From: an uncultured Bacteroidia bacterium | GTDB taxonomy: Bacteria; Bacteroidota; Bacteroidia; NS11-12g; UBA9320 | Assembly: GCA_943787465.1 (NCBI GenBank) | Contig: CALSMN010000002.1 | Span: 1,727-65,726, forward strand | DNA length: 64,000 nucleotides | Reading direction: 5' to 3' | Shown: positions 47,125 to 57,464 of the stretch, piece by piece | Layout of the letters: each line of letters starts with the position of its first letter | Numbering within the stretch: the first letter of the stretch is position 1 | Translations under genes and position numbers: made by a program | The notes under the pieces: generated by a model | What the model was told of the DNA's origin: nothing | What the model saw: the letters and a program-made list of their open reading frames with translations, nothing else | Database searches by the model: none

Positions 47125-48269
47125 GAGCATTTCTATATAAAAATATCAAAGGTGATTACTACATCTGGTTTGTAGTTTTAGTTCTGTCAATTTATGGAAT
47201 ACTAGCCGTTTATTCCTCTACTGGAACTTTAGCATATGCTGAAAATGGAGGGAACACAGAATACTATTTAATCAAGCACGGTGTGTTGGTTTTGTTTGGT
47301 ATTGGAACGATGTGGCTAACCCATTTAATTGACATACAATATTTTTCTAGGATTGCCCAGGTTATGCTATTTATGGCAATTCCCTTGTTAATATATACTT
47401 TGATTTTTGGTGTTGAAATTAATGATGCTAGACGTTGGATATCTCTGCCTATTGGAGATTTGACAGTTCAAAGTTCTGATTTCGCCAAGCTTGCACTCAT
47501 TGCTTATGTAGCTCGATTTATGGCTAAAAGACAAGGCCAAGTCCATGATTTTAAAAAGACATTACTGCCTATTTTATCTGTAATTTTAGTAGTTTGCTTA
47601 CTCATTTTCCCGGAGGATTTTTCTACATCAGCCGTATTATTTTTAACGAGTATGCTGGTATTATTCATTGGTAGGTTGCCATTGAAACAAGTAGGTATTT
47701 TATTAGGTATTGGAATATTTGTCTTGGGTGGAGCATTTATTTATGCTATGAACAGTGATGTTAGGTTTGGTCGAATTGCAACGATGAAAAGTAGAATTGA
47801 AGCTTTTTCAGAGGGTAGTGACGATGGAGGTAGTTATCAGAGTAGGCAAGCAAAAATAGCGGTAGCTAGAGGTGGTTTTACAGGTTCAGGACCAGGGAAA
47901 AGTAGACAAAAAAATATTTTACCTTCTCCATTTGCAGATTTTATATATGCTATCATTATAGAAGAATATGGATCTATTTTTGGTGGGATAACTCTTGTTT
48001 TCCTTTATCTTCTCCTGTTATATAGAGCATTTAGAATTGTACTCCTAACTTCTAATCCTTTAGCTGCACTCATGTCAATTGGGTTGGCGTTTAGTTTAGT
48101 TTTTCAAGCATTGATTAATATGGGTGTGGCTGTTAATTTATTGCCAGTCACTGGTCTAGCTCTACCTATTGTAAGTAGAGGAGGGACATCCATTTTATTT
48201 GTTAGTATAGCATTTGGAATCATTTTGAGTGCAAGTAGAACCATATATCCTGAAAAAGAAAATGAGTAA
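47121..48269 (+). CDS. ftsW: Peptidoglycan glycosyltransferase FtsW (SEDS family)
   Basis: This is a 382-aa polytopic ORF with a GTG start. The SEDS motifs QSSDFAK-like (VQSSDFAKLA), DFIYAII and PxxG (LPIVSRGGTS) are present. Confidence 0.9.
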   Translation: MRAFLYKNIKGDYYIWFVVLVLSIYGILAVYSSTGTLAYAENGGNTEYYLIKHGVLVLFGIGTMWLTHLIDIQYFSRIAQVMLFMAIPLLIYTLIFGVEINDARRWISLPIGDLTVQSSDFAKLALIAYVARFMAKRQGQVHDFKKTLLPILSVILVVCLLIFPEDFSTSAVLFLTSMLVLFIGRLPLKQVGILLGIGIFVLGGAFIYAMNSDVRFGRIATMKSRIEAFSEGSDDGGSYQSRQAKIAVARGGFTGSGPGKSRQKNILPSPFADFIYAIIIEEYGSIFGGITLVFLYLLLLYRAFRIVLLTSNPLAALMSIGLAFSLVFQALINMGVAVNLLPVTGLALPIVSRGGTSILFVSIAFGIILSASRTIYPEKENE

Positions 48270-49350
48270 AGGATACAGGGTTTTAATATCAGGAGGGGGC
48301 ACTGGGGGGCATGTTTTCCCAGCTATTTCCATTGCTAATGAAATTATGGCTCAATACCCGTCTAGTGAAATTCAATTTGTAGGTGCGAGAGGCAAACTGG
48401 AAATGGAAAAAGTACCCGCAGCGGGCTATAAAATTCAGGGTCTTTGGATTGCTGGTTTTCAAAGAAGGATTAGCTTAAAAAATTTTCTATTGCCAATCAA
48501 AGTATTACACAGTTTGGTGAGATCTTGGTGGATTATTAAAACATTTAAACCTGATTTTACCATCGGCGTGGGAGGATATGCAAGTGGACCATTAAATTTT
48601 ATGGCTAGCCTAATGAAAATTCCTCTTTTTCTTCAAGAACAAAATTCATATCCGGGTATTACAAATAAACTCCTAAAAAAATATGCGATTAAAATTTGTG
48701 TAGCTTACCCAGGCATGGAACGATTTTTTTTACCCCATAAAATTGAACTTACTGGTAATCCTATTCGACAAGATTTATTAAAAACACCAAAATTTAAAGA
48801 CGAAGCCTATCACTATTTTTCCTTGGATCCTCATAAAAAAACTATACTAGTCATGGGTGGTAGCTTAGGAGCAAGAACAATCAATGAGGCAGTGCAGCAT
48901 AATTTAAATTCAATAGCTAAACAAGATATTCAGTTGCTCTGGCAGACCGGAGCTAGTTATACAGGAGATTTTGGTTCATTTCATTGGGGCACTCGAACTC
49001 CATTTATCAAACGAATGGACCTAGCCTACATGATAGCAGATGTCGTAGTTAGTAGAGCTGGTGCAATGTCTGTATCAGAACTATCGGTTTTAGGGAAAGC
49101 GACCATTTTTGTTCCATCACCTTTTGTAAGTGAGGATCACCAAACTAAAAATGCCCAAACTTTAGTTGAAAATAAAGCAGCAATTCTTTGTAAAGATAGT
49201 GATGCTAAAACGTCACTAGGTGATATGATTATTGAATTAATCAAAAATGAACCACACCGTAAAAATCTAGAATTAGAAATACGTAAATTGGGTTTGCCTC
49301 ATGCAGCTCATGACATTGTTAAAGTAATTACAAATAGTGCTAACAGATAA
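48262..49350 (+). CDS. murG: UDP-N-acetylglucosamine--N-acetylmuramyl-(pentapeptide) pyrophosphoryl-undecaprenol GlcNAc transferase
   Basis: The ORF is trimmed to MSKGYRVLISGGGTGGHVFPA. The GT28 C-terminal region RAGAMSVSE...EDHQTKNA is present. It overlaps the ftsW stop by 8 nt. Confidence 0.92.
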   Translation: MSKGYRVLISGGGTGGHVFPAISIANEIMAQYPSSEIQFVGARGKLEMEKVPAAGYKIQGLWIAGFQRRISLKNFLLPIKVLHSLVRSWWIIKTFKPDFTIGVGGYASGPLNFMASLMKIPLFLQEQNSYPGITNKLLKKYAIKICVAYPGMERFFLPHKIELTGNPIRQDLLKTPKFKDEAYHYFSLDPHKKTILVMGGSLGARTINEAVQHNLNSIAKQDIQLLWQTGASYTGDFGSFHWGTRTPFIKRMDLAYMIADVVVSRAGAMSVSELSVLGKATIFVPSPFVSEDHQTKNAQTLVENKAAILCKDSDAKTSLGDMIIELIKNEPHRKNLELEIRKLGLPHAAHDIVKVITNSANR

Positions 49351-50707
49351 GAAATATTTATACTTCATTGGTATTGGTGGAATAGGCATGAGTGCTATTG
49401 CTCGATATTTTAAGTCAGAGGGTTATGATGTTAGTGGCTATGACAAAACCACTTCATCGATAACAGATCAATTATTTGATGAAGGAATTAATGTTCAATT
49501 TGAGGATGATTGGTCCTTGATTGATGGGATGTATATGGATAATCCTAAGCATACCTTGATCATATATACCCCTGCTATTCCTTCTGATAATCATCTATTT
49601 ATAAAGTTCAAATCGGAGGGATTTGATATGGTAAAACGTGCTCAAATATTAGGATTTATCACACAAGATACAGTGAATCTAAGCATTGCTGGAACCCATG
49701 GAAAGACTACAACTTCAAGTATAGTAGCATCCATATTTATGCAGTCTGAAGTGTCGTTTTCTGCATTTTTAGGCGGCATAAGTGCTAACCTTAACAGTAA
49801 TTATTATAAGCAAGAAGGTTTGGGAAGGTTGCATACTATTACAGAAGCTGATGAATTTGACAGGTCCTTTATGCACCTTAGACCTAATTTTGTAATCATC
49901 ACAAGCACCGATGCCGATCATTTAGATATCTATAAAGATAAAAATGATATTGAAAATTCATACGTTCAATTTTCTCAATTAGTAGCTGAAAGAGAGTTTG
50001 TATTTTTTGCAAAAAATGCAGCTAATCGGATCATAGGATGTAGTTATTCTGCAACAGATCCAACTGCAGATTATTATGCAACGAATCTAAAGAAAAGTGC
50101 TCGCGGTACTTATTTTGATTTAATGAAACATGGAGATGAAGTATTGATGACGAATTTGTACATCAGTTTACCAGGAATGCATAATTTGGAAAATGCAATC
50201 GGTGCTATATTAGTGACTTTAAAGTCTGGAATGAATTGGGAATCTATCAAAAAAGGACTAGCTTCTTTTAAAGGAATAAAACGAAGATTTGAGTATATTA
50301 TAGAGCGAGACAATTTTATATTTATTGATGATTATGCTCATCATCCTAGCGAACTAAAAGCGATTATTAATTCCATCCAAAATTTATATCCCAATCAACA
50401 TATTACGGCGATCTTCCAACCTCATTTATACTCCAGAACACAAGATTTTATGGGAGAATTTGCCCAGGTGCTAGAAAAAGTAGATCGCCTCATTTTATTG
50501 CCAATTTATGCGGCACGTGAAAAAGCTGTAGATGGGGTTTCGTCCGACGTTTTACTTCAAAAAATAGATATTGAGCACAAAATATGTCTTGAAAAATCTG
50601 AAGTTATACCTTATTTAAAAGAGCATAAGATAGAAATTTTACTCACTATTGGAGCTGGAGATATTGATCAATTGGTTCAACCTATAGCAGATAATTATGG
50701 CCAGTAA
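49337..50707 (+). CDS. murC: UDP-N-acetylmuramate--L-alanine ligase
   Basis: This is a 456-aa ORF with a GTG start. FIGIGGIGMS, GTHGKTTT and DDYAHHP are present. Confidence 0.92.
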   Translation: MLTDKKYLYFIGIGGIGMSAIARYFKSEGYDVSGYDKTTSSITDQLFDEGINVQFEDDWSLIDGMYMDNPKHTLIIYTPAIPSDNHLFIKFKSEGFDMVKRAQILGFITQDTVNLSIAGTHGKTTTSSIVASIFMQSEVSFSAFLGGISANLNSNYYKQEGLGRLHTITEADEFDRSFMHLRPNFVIITSTDADHLDIYKDKNDIENSYVQFSQLVAEREFVFFAKNAANRIIGCSYSATDPTADYYATNLKKSARGTYFDLMKHGDEVLMTNLYISLPGMHNLENAIGAILVTLKSGMNWESIKKGLASFKGIKRRFEYIIERDNFIFIDDYAHHPSELKAIINSIQNLYPNQHITAIFQPHLYSRTQDFMGEFAQVLEKVDRLILLPIYAAREKAVDGVSSDVLLQKIDIEHKICLEKSEVIPYLKEHKIEILLTIGAGDIDQLVQPIADNYGQ

Positions 50708-51428
50708 ATTATTACCATATTTGCGAAAAACGCTCTACCTTTTATCAATACTCATATTGTTTGTTTTGCTTTTCTATTTACAGAAAAAACAAGAAAATCA
50801 GATATGTTCTGCCATACAAATTAAAATTAATGCACCTCAAGAAAAAGAGTTGATTACCCCAGATATAATAAAAAACAAATTAAATACCTGGTATGTGGGG
50901 GGATTATCTGGTGTTTCAAGACATGAAATTTCTTTGTTGGATATAGAAAACAGATTAGAAGAATTGCCAGCAATCAAAAATGCAGAAGTTAGTTTCGATT
51001 TAAAAGGAGAACTTACTATCGAAATTCTACAACATTTGCCTATTGTAAGAATTAGTAATCCTAAAGAATCATATTATATAGCAGAGGGATTTATTAAAAT
51101 TCCTACTGAAGATATAGGTGCAGCTAGGGTTCCAATTGTTAGTGACACATTAAGTGCTTCAATGATTAAGAAAGTATACACTCTATCCACCTATGTGCAA
51201 GAAAATCCATTTATGCAAGCCAATACAGAGCAGATATTTGTGGAGAATGGAGATTTAGCAATAGTCCCCAAAGTAATGAATCAAGAAATAGTGATCGGAG
51301 ATACATTAGACTTACCAAAAAAATTTGATAATCTCAAAAAATTTTATGTCGAGGGATTACATCATTTAGGTTGGGATAGGTATCAAAGTATAAACTTGAA
51401 ATATAAAAATCAAATCATTTGTAAATAA
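50697..51428 (+). CDS. ftsQ: Cell division protein FtsQ
   Basis: This is a 243-aa ORF with a single TM helix followed by a POTRA-like domain. Its position between murC and ftsA supports the call. Confidence 0.75.
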   Translation: MASKLLPYLRKTLYLLSILILFVLLFYLQKKQENQICSAIQIKINAPQEKELITPDIIKNKLNTWYVGGLSGVSRHEISLLDIENRLEELPAIKNAEVSFDLKGELTIEILQHLPIVRISNPKESYYIAEGFIKIPTEDIGAARVPIVSDTLSASMIKKVYTLSTYVQENPFMQANTEQIFVENGDLAIVPKVMNQEIVIGDTLDLPKKFDNLKKFYVEGLHHLGWDRYQSINLKYKNQIICK

Positions 51429-51429
51429 A

Positions 51430-52713
51430 ATGGCAGAATCAAAAGAAAAAATAATTGTAGGACTAGATATCGGTACAACCAAAGTATGTGCTATCGTAGG
51501 TAGAGCTAATGAGTATGGGAAAGTGGATATTTTGGGTGTGGGTAAAGTAGCATCCCACGGTGGAGTAACCCGTGGTGTTGTTTCCAACATTGATAAGACT
51601 GTAGTTGCTATTCAATCTGCTATTCAAGAAGCATCTGAAAAATCATCGGTTAACATTCAACGTGTAGAAGTGGGTATAGCTGGTGCACATATCAATAGTT
51701 TGCAGCATCGTGGAATGATTATTCGTAATGATGGTGAATCTGAAATTTCAGTAGATGATCTGAAAAAATTGGAAAATGATATGTATAAATTAGCTGTTAA
51801 ACCTGGAGATCGAATATTACATGTACTTCCACAAGAATATACGGTTGATGATGAACCAGGGATAATAGATCCTGTGGGTATGGCAGGGGTCAAGTTGGAG
51901 GGAAACTTTCATATTATTACTGGTCAGATTACTGCAGCAAAAAATATATATAAATGTGTTGAGAAATCAGGGCTTCAAGTAACAGATATTGCCTTAGAGC
52001 CACTTGCGTCCTCTGAATCTGTACTAAGTAGCGAAGAAATGGAAGCAGGAGTAGTCTTAGTCGATATAGGTGGTGGAACTACAGACGTTGCTATTTTTTA
52101 TGACAGTATGATTAGACATACTGCCGTAATACCATACGGAGGCAACATAATAACTGAAGATATTAAACACGGTTGTAGTGTTATGAGATCTCATGCTGAG
52201 ATGCTAAAAGTAAAATTTGGTAGTGCTCTTGCCAATGAATCTGATGAATCTGATATTGTTACTATCCCCGGAATAAAAGGTAGGCCACCTAAAGAAATAT
52301 CAGTTCTTAATTTGTCCAATGTCATACAGGCTAGAATTCAAGATATTATGGAATTAGTGCTTTTTGAGATTAAAACAAGTGGTTTAGAGAAAGATTTAGC
52401 TGGTGGAATTGTTCTTACTGGAGGGGGATCACAACTGAAGCACATTGATCAACTTGCGGAGTATGTTACGGGTTTATCTGCAAGAATTGGTTATCCTAAC
52501 GAACATCTCGCAAAAGGAATGGTTGAGGAAGTAAAGAGTCCAATTTTCGCAACAGGTATCGGATTAGTATTAAGAGGATTATCTGGCGATAAGACAAGTG
52601 GTGCAATATCAAATTCACCATTAAAAAGTGATGAAAAGCAAGAAAAAGGAACCTTATTCAGTCGAATTGCAACATGGCTGAAAGATGAAGTAGATGTAGA
52701 GGATTTTAAATAA
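51430..52713 (+). CDS. ftsA: Cell division protein FtsA
   Basis: This is a 427-aa actin-fold ORF. VGLDIGTTKV, VDIGGGTTDV and VLTGGGSQL are present. Confidence 0.95.
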   Translation: MAESKEKIIVGLDIGTTKVCAIVGRANEYGKVDILGVGKVASHGGVTRGVVSNIDKTVVAIQSAIQEASEKSSVNIQRVEVGIAGAHINSLQHRGMIIRNDGESEISVDDLKKLENDMYKLAVKPGDRILHVLPQEYTVDDEPGIIDPVGMAGVKLEGNFHIITGQITAAKNIYKCVEKSGLQVTDIALEPLASSESVLSSEEMEAGVVLVDIGGGTTDVAIFYDSMIRHTAVIPYGGNIITEDIKHGCSVMRSHAEMLKVKFGSALANESDESDIVTIPGIKGRPPKEISVLNLSNVIQARIQDIMELVLFEIKTSGLEKDLAGGIVLTGGGSQLKHIDQLAEYVTGLSARIGYPNEHLAKGMVEEVKSPIFATGIGLVLRGLSGDKTSGAISNSPLKSDEKQEKGTLFSRIATWLKDEVDVEDFK

Positions 52714-52726
52714 TAAAATAAGTTAT

Positions 52727-54013
52727 ATGAGTTTTACAGTAGAACTACCCAAAGACAAATCATCAATTATTAAAGTTATAGGCGTTGGAGGTGGCGGCGG
52801 AAACGCTGTCAATCATATGTATGCCGAAGGAATTAAAGGTGTCGATTTTTTTATCTGCAATACAGATTCTCAAGCTCTTGAAAAAAGTCCAATCACCAAT
52901 AAGGTACAGATTGGTAGCTCACTTACTGAAGGAAGAGGTGCTGGATCAAACCCAGAGATAGGCCGAAAAGCAGCAGAAGAGAGTATTCATGATATAATTG
53001 AATCTTTAGGCGTAAATACCCAAATGGTTTTTGTTACTGCAGGAATGGGGGGTGGAACAGGTACTGGAGCAGCTCCTGTGATTGCAAAAGCAGCAAAAGA
53101 TAGAGGAATTTTAACCGTAGGAATAGTGACTACTCCTTTTGTTTTTGAAGGAAACCAACGGTGTACAGCAGCTTATCATGGAATTGAAGAGTTGAGAGAT
53201 AGTGTGGACTCTTTACTTGTAGTTTCCAATGATCGAATTAAAGAAATATATGGGAACCTTCCCATCAGCAAGGCTTTTGGCTATGCGGACAACATCCTCA
53301 CTACCGCAGCGAAAGGAATAGCTGAAATTATTACTATTGCAGGGAGTATCAATGTTGATTTTGAAGATGTCAAAACAGCCATGACTGATAGTGGAGTTTC
53401 TATCATGGGCATGGGCACTTCAGAAGGAGAAGATAGAGCCCTTAGAGCGGTATCTCAAGCTTTAAATTCTCCATTATTAGATGATAATAAAATTCAAGGA
53501 GCTAATGATTTGCTTGTGAATATATCTTACGGTGATGAAGAAGCTACTATGGATGAATATGCGGCCATTAATGAGTATTTACAATCCGAGACCGGTAGCA
53601 ATTCAAATCTTAAATGTGGACTTTGTTATGATGAAACATTAGGTAGAAGCATCAGTGTTACGGTTATAGCAACGGGCTTTGAACATGCAAGGAATGGGGT
53701 AAATGAAAATACAATGATGGATAATGTAGAATTTCCCCTTGGCGAAATAAATGAAGAAGAGTTGACAGTGGAGGAAATGGATGCTAGAAAGCAATTGACC
53801 ATATTTGATCGATTAGAGAATCAAAATCATAAGACAGTTTCCCTTAATCCAGAGCAAGAAGATGTACCTGCGTATATCCGAAGAGGCATAAAATTAGTTG
53901 ATATAAATCATTCTTCAGAAACAGAAATCTCACGTACAAGTTTATTTGAAGAATCTCCTTCTAAGCCAGAGTTGAGAACGAACAACTCTTTTTTACACGA
54001 TAACGTGGATTAG
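52727..54013 (+). CDS. ftsZ: Cell division protein FtsZ
   Basis: This is a 428-aa ORF with the tubulin signature [11 protein letters not shown]-terminal [15 protein letters not shown] and the C-terminal conserved peptide DVPAYIRRG. Confidence 0.97.
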   Translation: MSFTVELPKDKSSIIKVIGVGGGGGNAVNHMYAEGIKGVDFFICNTDSQALEKSPITNKVQIGSSLTEGRGAGSNPEIGRKAAEESIHDIIESLGVNTQMVFVTAGMGGGTGTGAAPVIAKAAKDRGILTVGIVTTPFVFEGNQRCTAAYHGIEELRDSVDSLLVVSNDRIKEIYGNLPISKAFGYADNILTTAAKGIAEIITIAGSINVDFEDVKTAMTDSGVSIMGMGTSEGEDRALRAVSQALNSPLLDDNKIQGANDLLVNISYGDEEATMDEYAAINEYLQSETGSNSNLKCGLCYDETLGRSISVTVIATGFEHARNGVNENTMMDNVEFPLGEINEEELTVEEMDARKQLTIFDRLENQNHKTVSLNPEQEDVPAYIRRGIKLVDINHSSETEISRTSLFEESPSKPELRTNNSFLHDNVD

Positions 54014-54042
54014 ATTTGAAGCAATATGTTAGGTTCTAGGGT

Positions 54043-54894
54043 TTAGTTAAAACCCTGATTCATCATATGAATTTCCATGTTTGGGAAAGGAATATTAATC
54101 TGATTAAGATCAAATTGTTTCTTTACTTCCTCTTTCATATAAAACATCGTATCCCAGTAATGCTCACTTTTACAAAATGGTCGCGTAGCAATATCAACCG
54201 AGCTACTCCCTAGATTAGCAACCACAACTCCTTGCTCAGGGTTATCAAGTATATACGGACAGGTATCACCTACAGATTTGATAACAGATTTTGCCTTATC
54301 AATATCAGCATTGTATGCAATACTAAAAGTGAGTTCAACTCCAACCGTACCTTGTCCAGAAATATTGGTGATATCGTTACCTGTAACATTACTGTTAGCA
54401 ATGATAATTCGTTTATTATCAAGGGTGGCTAATACGGTATTAAAAGCATTTATAGATTCTATTGTGCCAGTAGTTTGTCCTCCTCCAATTTTTACTAAAT
54501 CTCCTACTTTGAAAGGCTTAAAAATCATGAGCATGACTCCGCTAGCTACATGACCAATACTGCCATTTAGAGCCATGCCAATACCTACCATCAATGCGCC
54601 AAAAACCGCAATAAATGAAGTGGCGTCAATTCCAAACATAGATGCTACTGATAACAATAACATCACTTTTAGTAATGCACTGAGAATAGACGCTAAAAAT
54701 TGACTCAGTGTTTCATCTTTGGTAGATTTATTAATAGTAGGTTCAACCCAGTTCATGAGTCGTTTAATTACCCACATACCTATGATTAGTGTAATGATAG
54801 CTAGGGCAAACTTAGGTGCGTAATTAATTACCATGTCGGTAATTTGCTGGGTTATCTCTTCAATATTCATAGTATTCTTATGTTTGTTGAACAA
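54043..54894 (-). CDS. Small-conductance mechanosensitive channel (MscS family), second paralog
   Basis: This is a 283-aa ORF. GSIGHVASGVMLMIFKPFKVGD aligns with the paralog at 31894-32730. The start could also be the internal MNIEEI. Confidence 0.85.
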   Translation of the reverse strand: MFNKHKNTMNIEEITQQITDMVINYAPKFALAIITLIIGMWVIKRLMNWVEPTINKSTKDETLSQFLASILSALLKVMLLLSVASMFGIDATSFIAVFGALMVGIGMALNGSIGHVASGVMLMIFKPFKVGDLVKIGGGQTTGTIESINAFNTVLATLDNKRIIIANSNVTGNDITNISGQGTVGVELTFSIAYNADIDKAKSVIKSVGDTCPYILDNPEQGVVVANLGSSSVDIATRPFCKSEHYWDTMFYMKEEVKKQFDLNQINIPFPNMEIHMMNQGFN

Positions 54895-54916
54895 AGGTGT
54901 AATGAATAATGAAGTT

Positions 54917-54953
54917 AAAATATGATAAAAATCATATTTGGATATGATTTTTA
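54917..54953. repeat. 37-nt AT-rich three-arm motif, copy B (aaaatatgataaaaatcatatttggatatgattttta)
   Basis: It is 32/37 identical to 27207-27243. Four of the five differences fall in the N6 loop and one in the N4 loop. It ends 4 nt 3' of the stop of the 797-aa gene and begins 23 nt upstream of the MscS start at 54894. Confidence 0.8.
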
Positions 54954-54957
54954 ACCT

Positions 54958-57351
54958 TTAGTTAAAATAACCATAATTTGGATATAGAAATTCGGAACCG
55001 GTTATTTTACCAAGACCTTCACTGTAGTGTCTCATGGCTTCTACTAATCCAGGGATAAGGATATGATTAAATTGATCATCAATCGGAAAAAGAGCCTTCC
55101 ATCCGTTATAGGTCCCTAAGCTTAAATCAAATAGTTCTAATTGTTCAAATAAACCAGTAATTCTTCCGCAATAGGCAAGAAGACCACTACTATTAAAATG
55201 GAAATTTTCGCCTATGTTTTTTCTATTTTTGAGTTGAATATCCTTAGCTTGTTCTCGGAATGATTGAGCATCGTAATGAATATGGATGTGGTTTTCTAAG
55301 CCAGTATTGTATGTTTTAGCTGTATTGAATACAGCTTCTGGTCGGAGGTCTATAAAGCCATTATTGCAAACTAACCAATTGATTAAATCTTCACGGTTTA
55401 ATTGATGTTTTCCACTCAAGGAATCCAAAGCTTCAACAAGGGTGAAATTGGTTTCCAGTATTAAATCTAAAGGAGCAAAATAGGGGCCAGCAAAAATTTC
55501 ATCTTTACCTTCTTGGTTCCTGAAAATAATGGGATTACCCAAAGAAGTTATGGCACAAATAGTTTGGGAAACAGCAATATGTAATTGTTTGAAGAATACA
55601 TCAATACAACCTGAAATTTTATTTGAGTAACCCATGAATTTCGCCAAATCCTCTGGGGTTTTGATGGTTAATAGATTAGTAAACGATGCGGTAAGAGCAG
55701 GTATATCTTTACCGTAATTTACAATATTTTCGAGAGTAAGATGAGGTGTATGGCTGTCTACAAATGCTTTAACTTCATCTATTTTTAAGTTTGAGGTAAT
55801 ATGAGCATCAATCAGATCATCATTGAGTTGCTTTAGTTTGTGCATGAGGATGAAAAGTCCATGCAGATGCAATTCAGCTTGGTGTTTGCTACTTCCAAGT
55901 TCTTGAAAGGCTTTAGTTGTAAATGCACTAGTTTGATATTTTCTGAATTCCTTTCGATTATTTAACAAGGCAAAAATCAAACTCGAATTATCGGTTTGTG
56001 TATAATAGCATATGCCGTGTTTATCAAACCATGGTTTTTGTTCGTCGTCTCCCAATAGAGCATTGCTTACAAGAACATGTGCTAACTCTTCTTGAGAGGC
56101 TATTTTCATATTGAGATAGAGAGCGTAGGCATTGTCTAATGAAAATAACCCATTTTCTCCACTTCTTAAAGCATAGTTGACATTTAAATTGGGAATAGAA
56201 TCTTGTTTTCCTCCAAAATTAAGAGGAATTTTAAGAGTTGAATCAGCATTGTTTTCAAACAAAATGGGTGCAATTGGAAAAAGCTTATTCAGTAATCGTT
56301 CTCCTTTTTCGTCATAGACTAGGGATAGATCAAAAGGCAGCTGTTTTTTTTCGGCAGCTTGTCGATATTTTCTAGAAACGCCACTACTTAGAGGGAGAGT
56401 ACTGCTTTCATAGATATAGTCGATGCCAATAGCACTCGCAGTCACCAAACTTTTAAGGTTAAAATTGGAGTATTGTATGGTGAGTTCGTTAGCGTAGTAT
56501 TGCTTTTCTTTCAGTAAATCACCTAACGATGAATGAGCGTATCCTAGTTTTATGACAGGTTCTCCATCGATCATTTGGTACATGCCACCAACTGAAGTGG
56601 TGTGAGCCATTAATACTTCATGAGCATGATATTTTTTAATGTCACCAAAATCTTCTGCAAGTCCTTTAAGTATTTCTTTTTTAATGGCCCGTTCAATTTT
56701 TTTATCGGTGTCCTCTCGAGCTATATCGTGATTGGAAAGTAATTGATCGATTGATTCAAAGTGATAGGTAGCTACACTAGGGACGGGAATACCACTAAAA
56801 ACAGCCTGAAATTTTTCATGATTGGATAACCCTAATTCTTGTTTAACTTTCTGTACAAAAGCCTCAAAAGGGGAACTGGTTTTACTTGCCTCTGATATCA
56901 AGTAATCAATTTTATCTCGTTTTTTGTCAATCTTACTTAAGGCTTTTTCTAAGTCGGTTTGGAATTTAGGAATAGCTATTAGTGTTTTGAAATGTAATGT
57001 GATGAATTGGTCATACAATAATGTGGTTTCATCTCCACTTTTTTTGATTTTTTTGAAATTATCTTCACCAAATATTTGAAATAACTTATTGCAAAATTGG
57101 TCAATTTGACTGCCATTGATGCCCGTAATAATGAGTTGGGGGGTACGATCAGATGATTCCGTTAGAGCATCTCTCATGAAATGGAATGATGTTATAATTT
57201 CAATAACTGCCTGACCACCAACCGCTCCAGTTCCGCCAAAAAAAATCATTTTATAGTCCAAAATACCAACAGATTTAGAACGAACAAGTTCTTTGAGTTT
57301 AAGGAAATAGGATTGATGTTTATATTGCGTAAAATCGTCTTTACTGAGCAT
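54958..57351 (-). CDS. Large cytoplasmic protein of unknown function with N-terminal dinucleotide-binding-type glycine motif
   Basis: This is a 797-aa ORF with no TM segments. KMIFFGGTGAVGGQAVIEII is a Rossmann GxGxxG-like motif near residue 35. I recognise nothing in the remaining ~700 aa. Confidence 0.6.
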   Translation of the reverse strand: MLSKDDFTQYKHQSYFLKLKELVRSKSVGILDYKMIFFGGTGAVGGQAVIEIITSFHFMRDALTESSDRTPQLIITGINGSQIDQFCNKLFQIFGEDNFKKIKKSGDETTLLYDQFITLHFKTLIAIPKFQTDLEKALSKIDKKRDKIDYLISEASKTSSPFEAFVQKVKQELGLSNHEKFQAVFSGIPVPSVATYHFESIDQLLSNHDIAREDTDKKIERAIKKEILKGLAEDFGDIKKYHAHEVLMAHTTSVGGMYQMIDGEPVIKLGYAHSSLGDLLKEKQYYANELTIQYSNFNLKSLVTASAIGIDYIYESSTLPLSSGVSRKYRQAAEKKQLPFDLSLVYDEKGERLLNKLFPIAPILFENNADSTLKIPLNFGGKQDSIPNLNVNYALRSGENGLFSLDNAYALYLNMKIASQEELAHVLVSNALLGDDEQKPWFDKHGICYYTQTDNSSLIFALLNNRKEFRKYQTSAFTTKAFQELGSSKHQAELHLHGLFILMHKLKQLNDDLIDAHITSNLKIDEVKAFVDSHTPHLTLENIVNYGKDIPALTASFTNLLTIKTPEDLAKFMGYSNKISGCIDVFFKQLHIAVSQTICAITSLGNPIIFRNQEGKDEIFAGPYFAPLDLILETNFTLVEALDSLSGKHQLNREDLINWLVCNNGFIDLRPEAVFNTAKTYNTGLENHIHIHYDAQSFREQAKDIQLKNRKNIGENFHFNSSGLLAYCGRITGLFEQLELFDLSLGTYNGWKALFPIDDQFNHILIPGLVEAMRHYSEGLGKITGSEFLYPNYGYFN

Positions 57352-57373
57352 GAATTTTCGTAAAATAAGTAGG

Positions 57374-57381
57374 CAAAGATA
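57374..57381 (-). promoter_or_regulatory. -7 promoter box TATCTTTG (minus strand) for the 797-aa gene
   Basis: Plus-strand caaagata lies 22 nt upstream of ATG 57351. Confidence 0.4.
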
Positions 57382-57464
57382 ACAAAAAAACCTAGGGCTT
57401 AATTTATGATCGGTTGGGTTTTTCTATGTCAGATTTATTCTAAATTTATTTGTATTCATCCGAA

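Noticed and set aside
39341-54013. Absence of murF and ddl from the dcw cluster, with murE followed directly by mraY.
   Set aside because: This gene order is the normal Bacteroidota arrangement rather than a deletion or anomaly. The intergenic gaps are only 0-13 nt, so nothing is hidden there.
54038-54056. 7-bp hairpin agggttt-agtta-aaaccct between ftsZ and the convergent MscS gene, with the same stem sequence as the tRNA-Asn terminator.
   Set aside because: It has no U-tract on either strand and overlaps the last MscS codons. The shared 7-mer is short enough to be coincidence, so it is not listed as a terminator.
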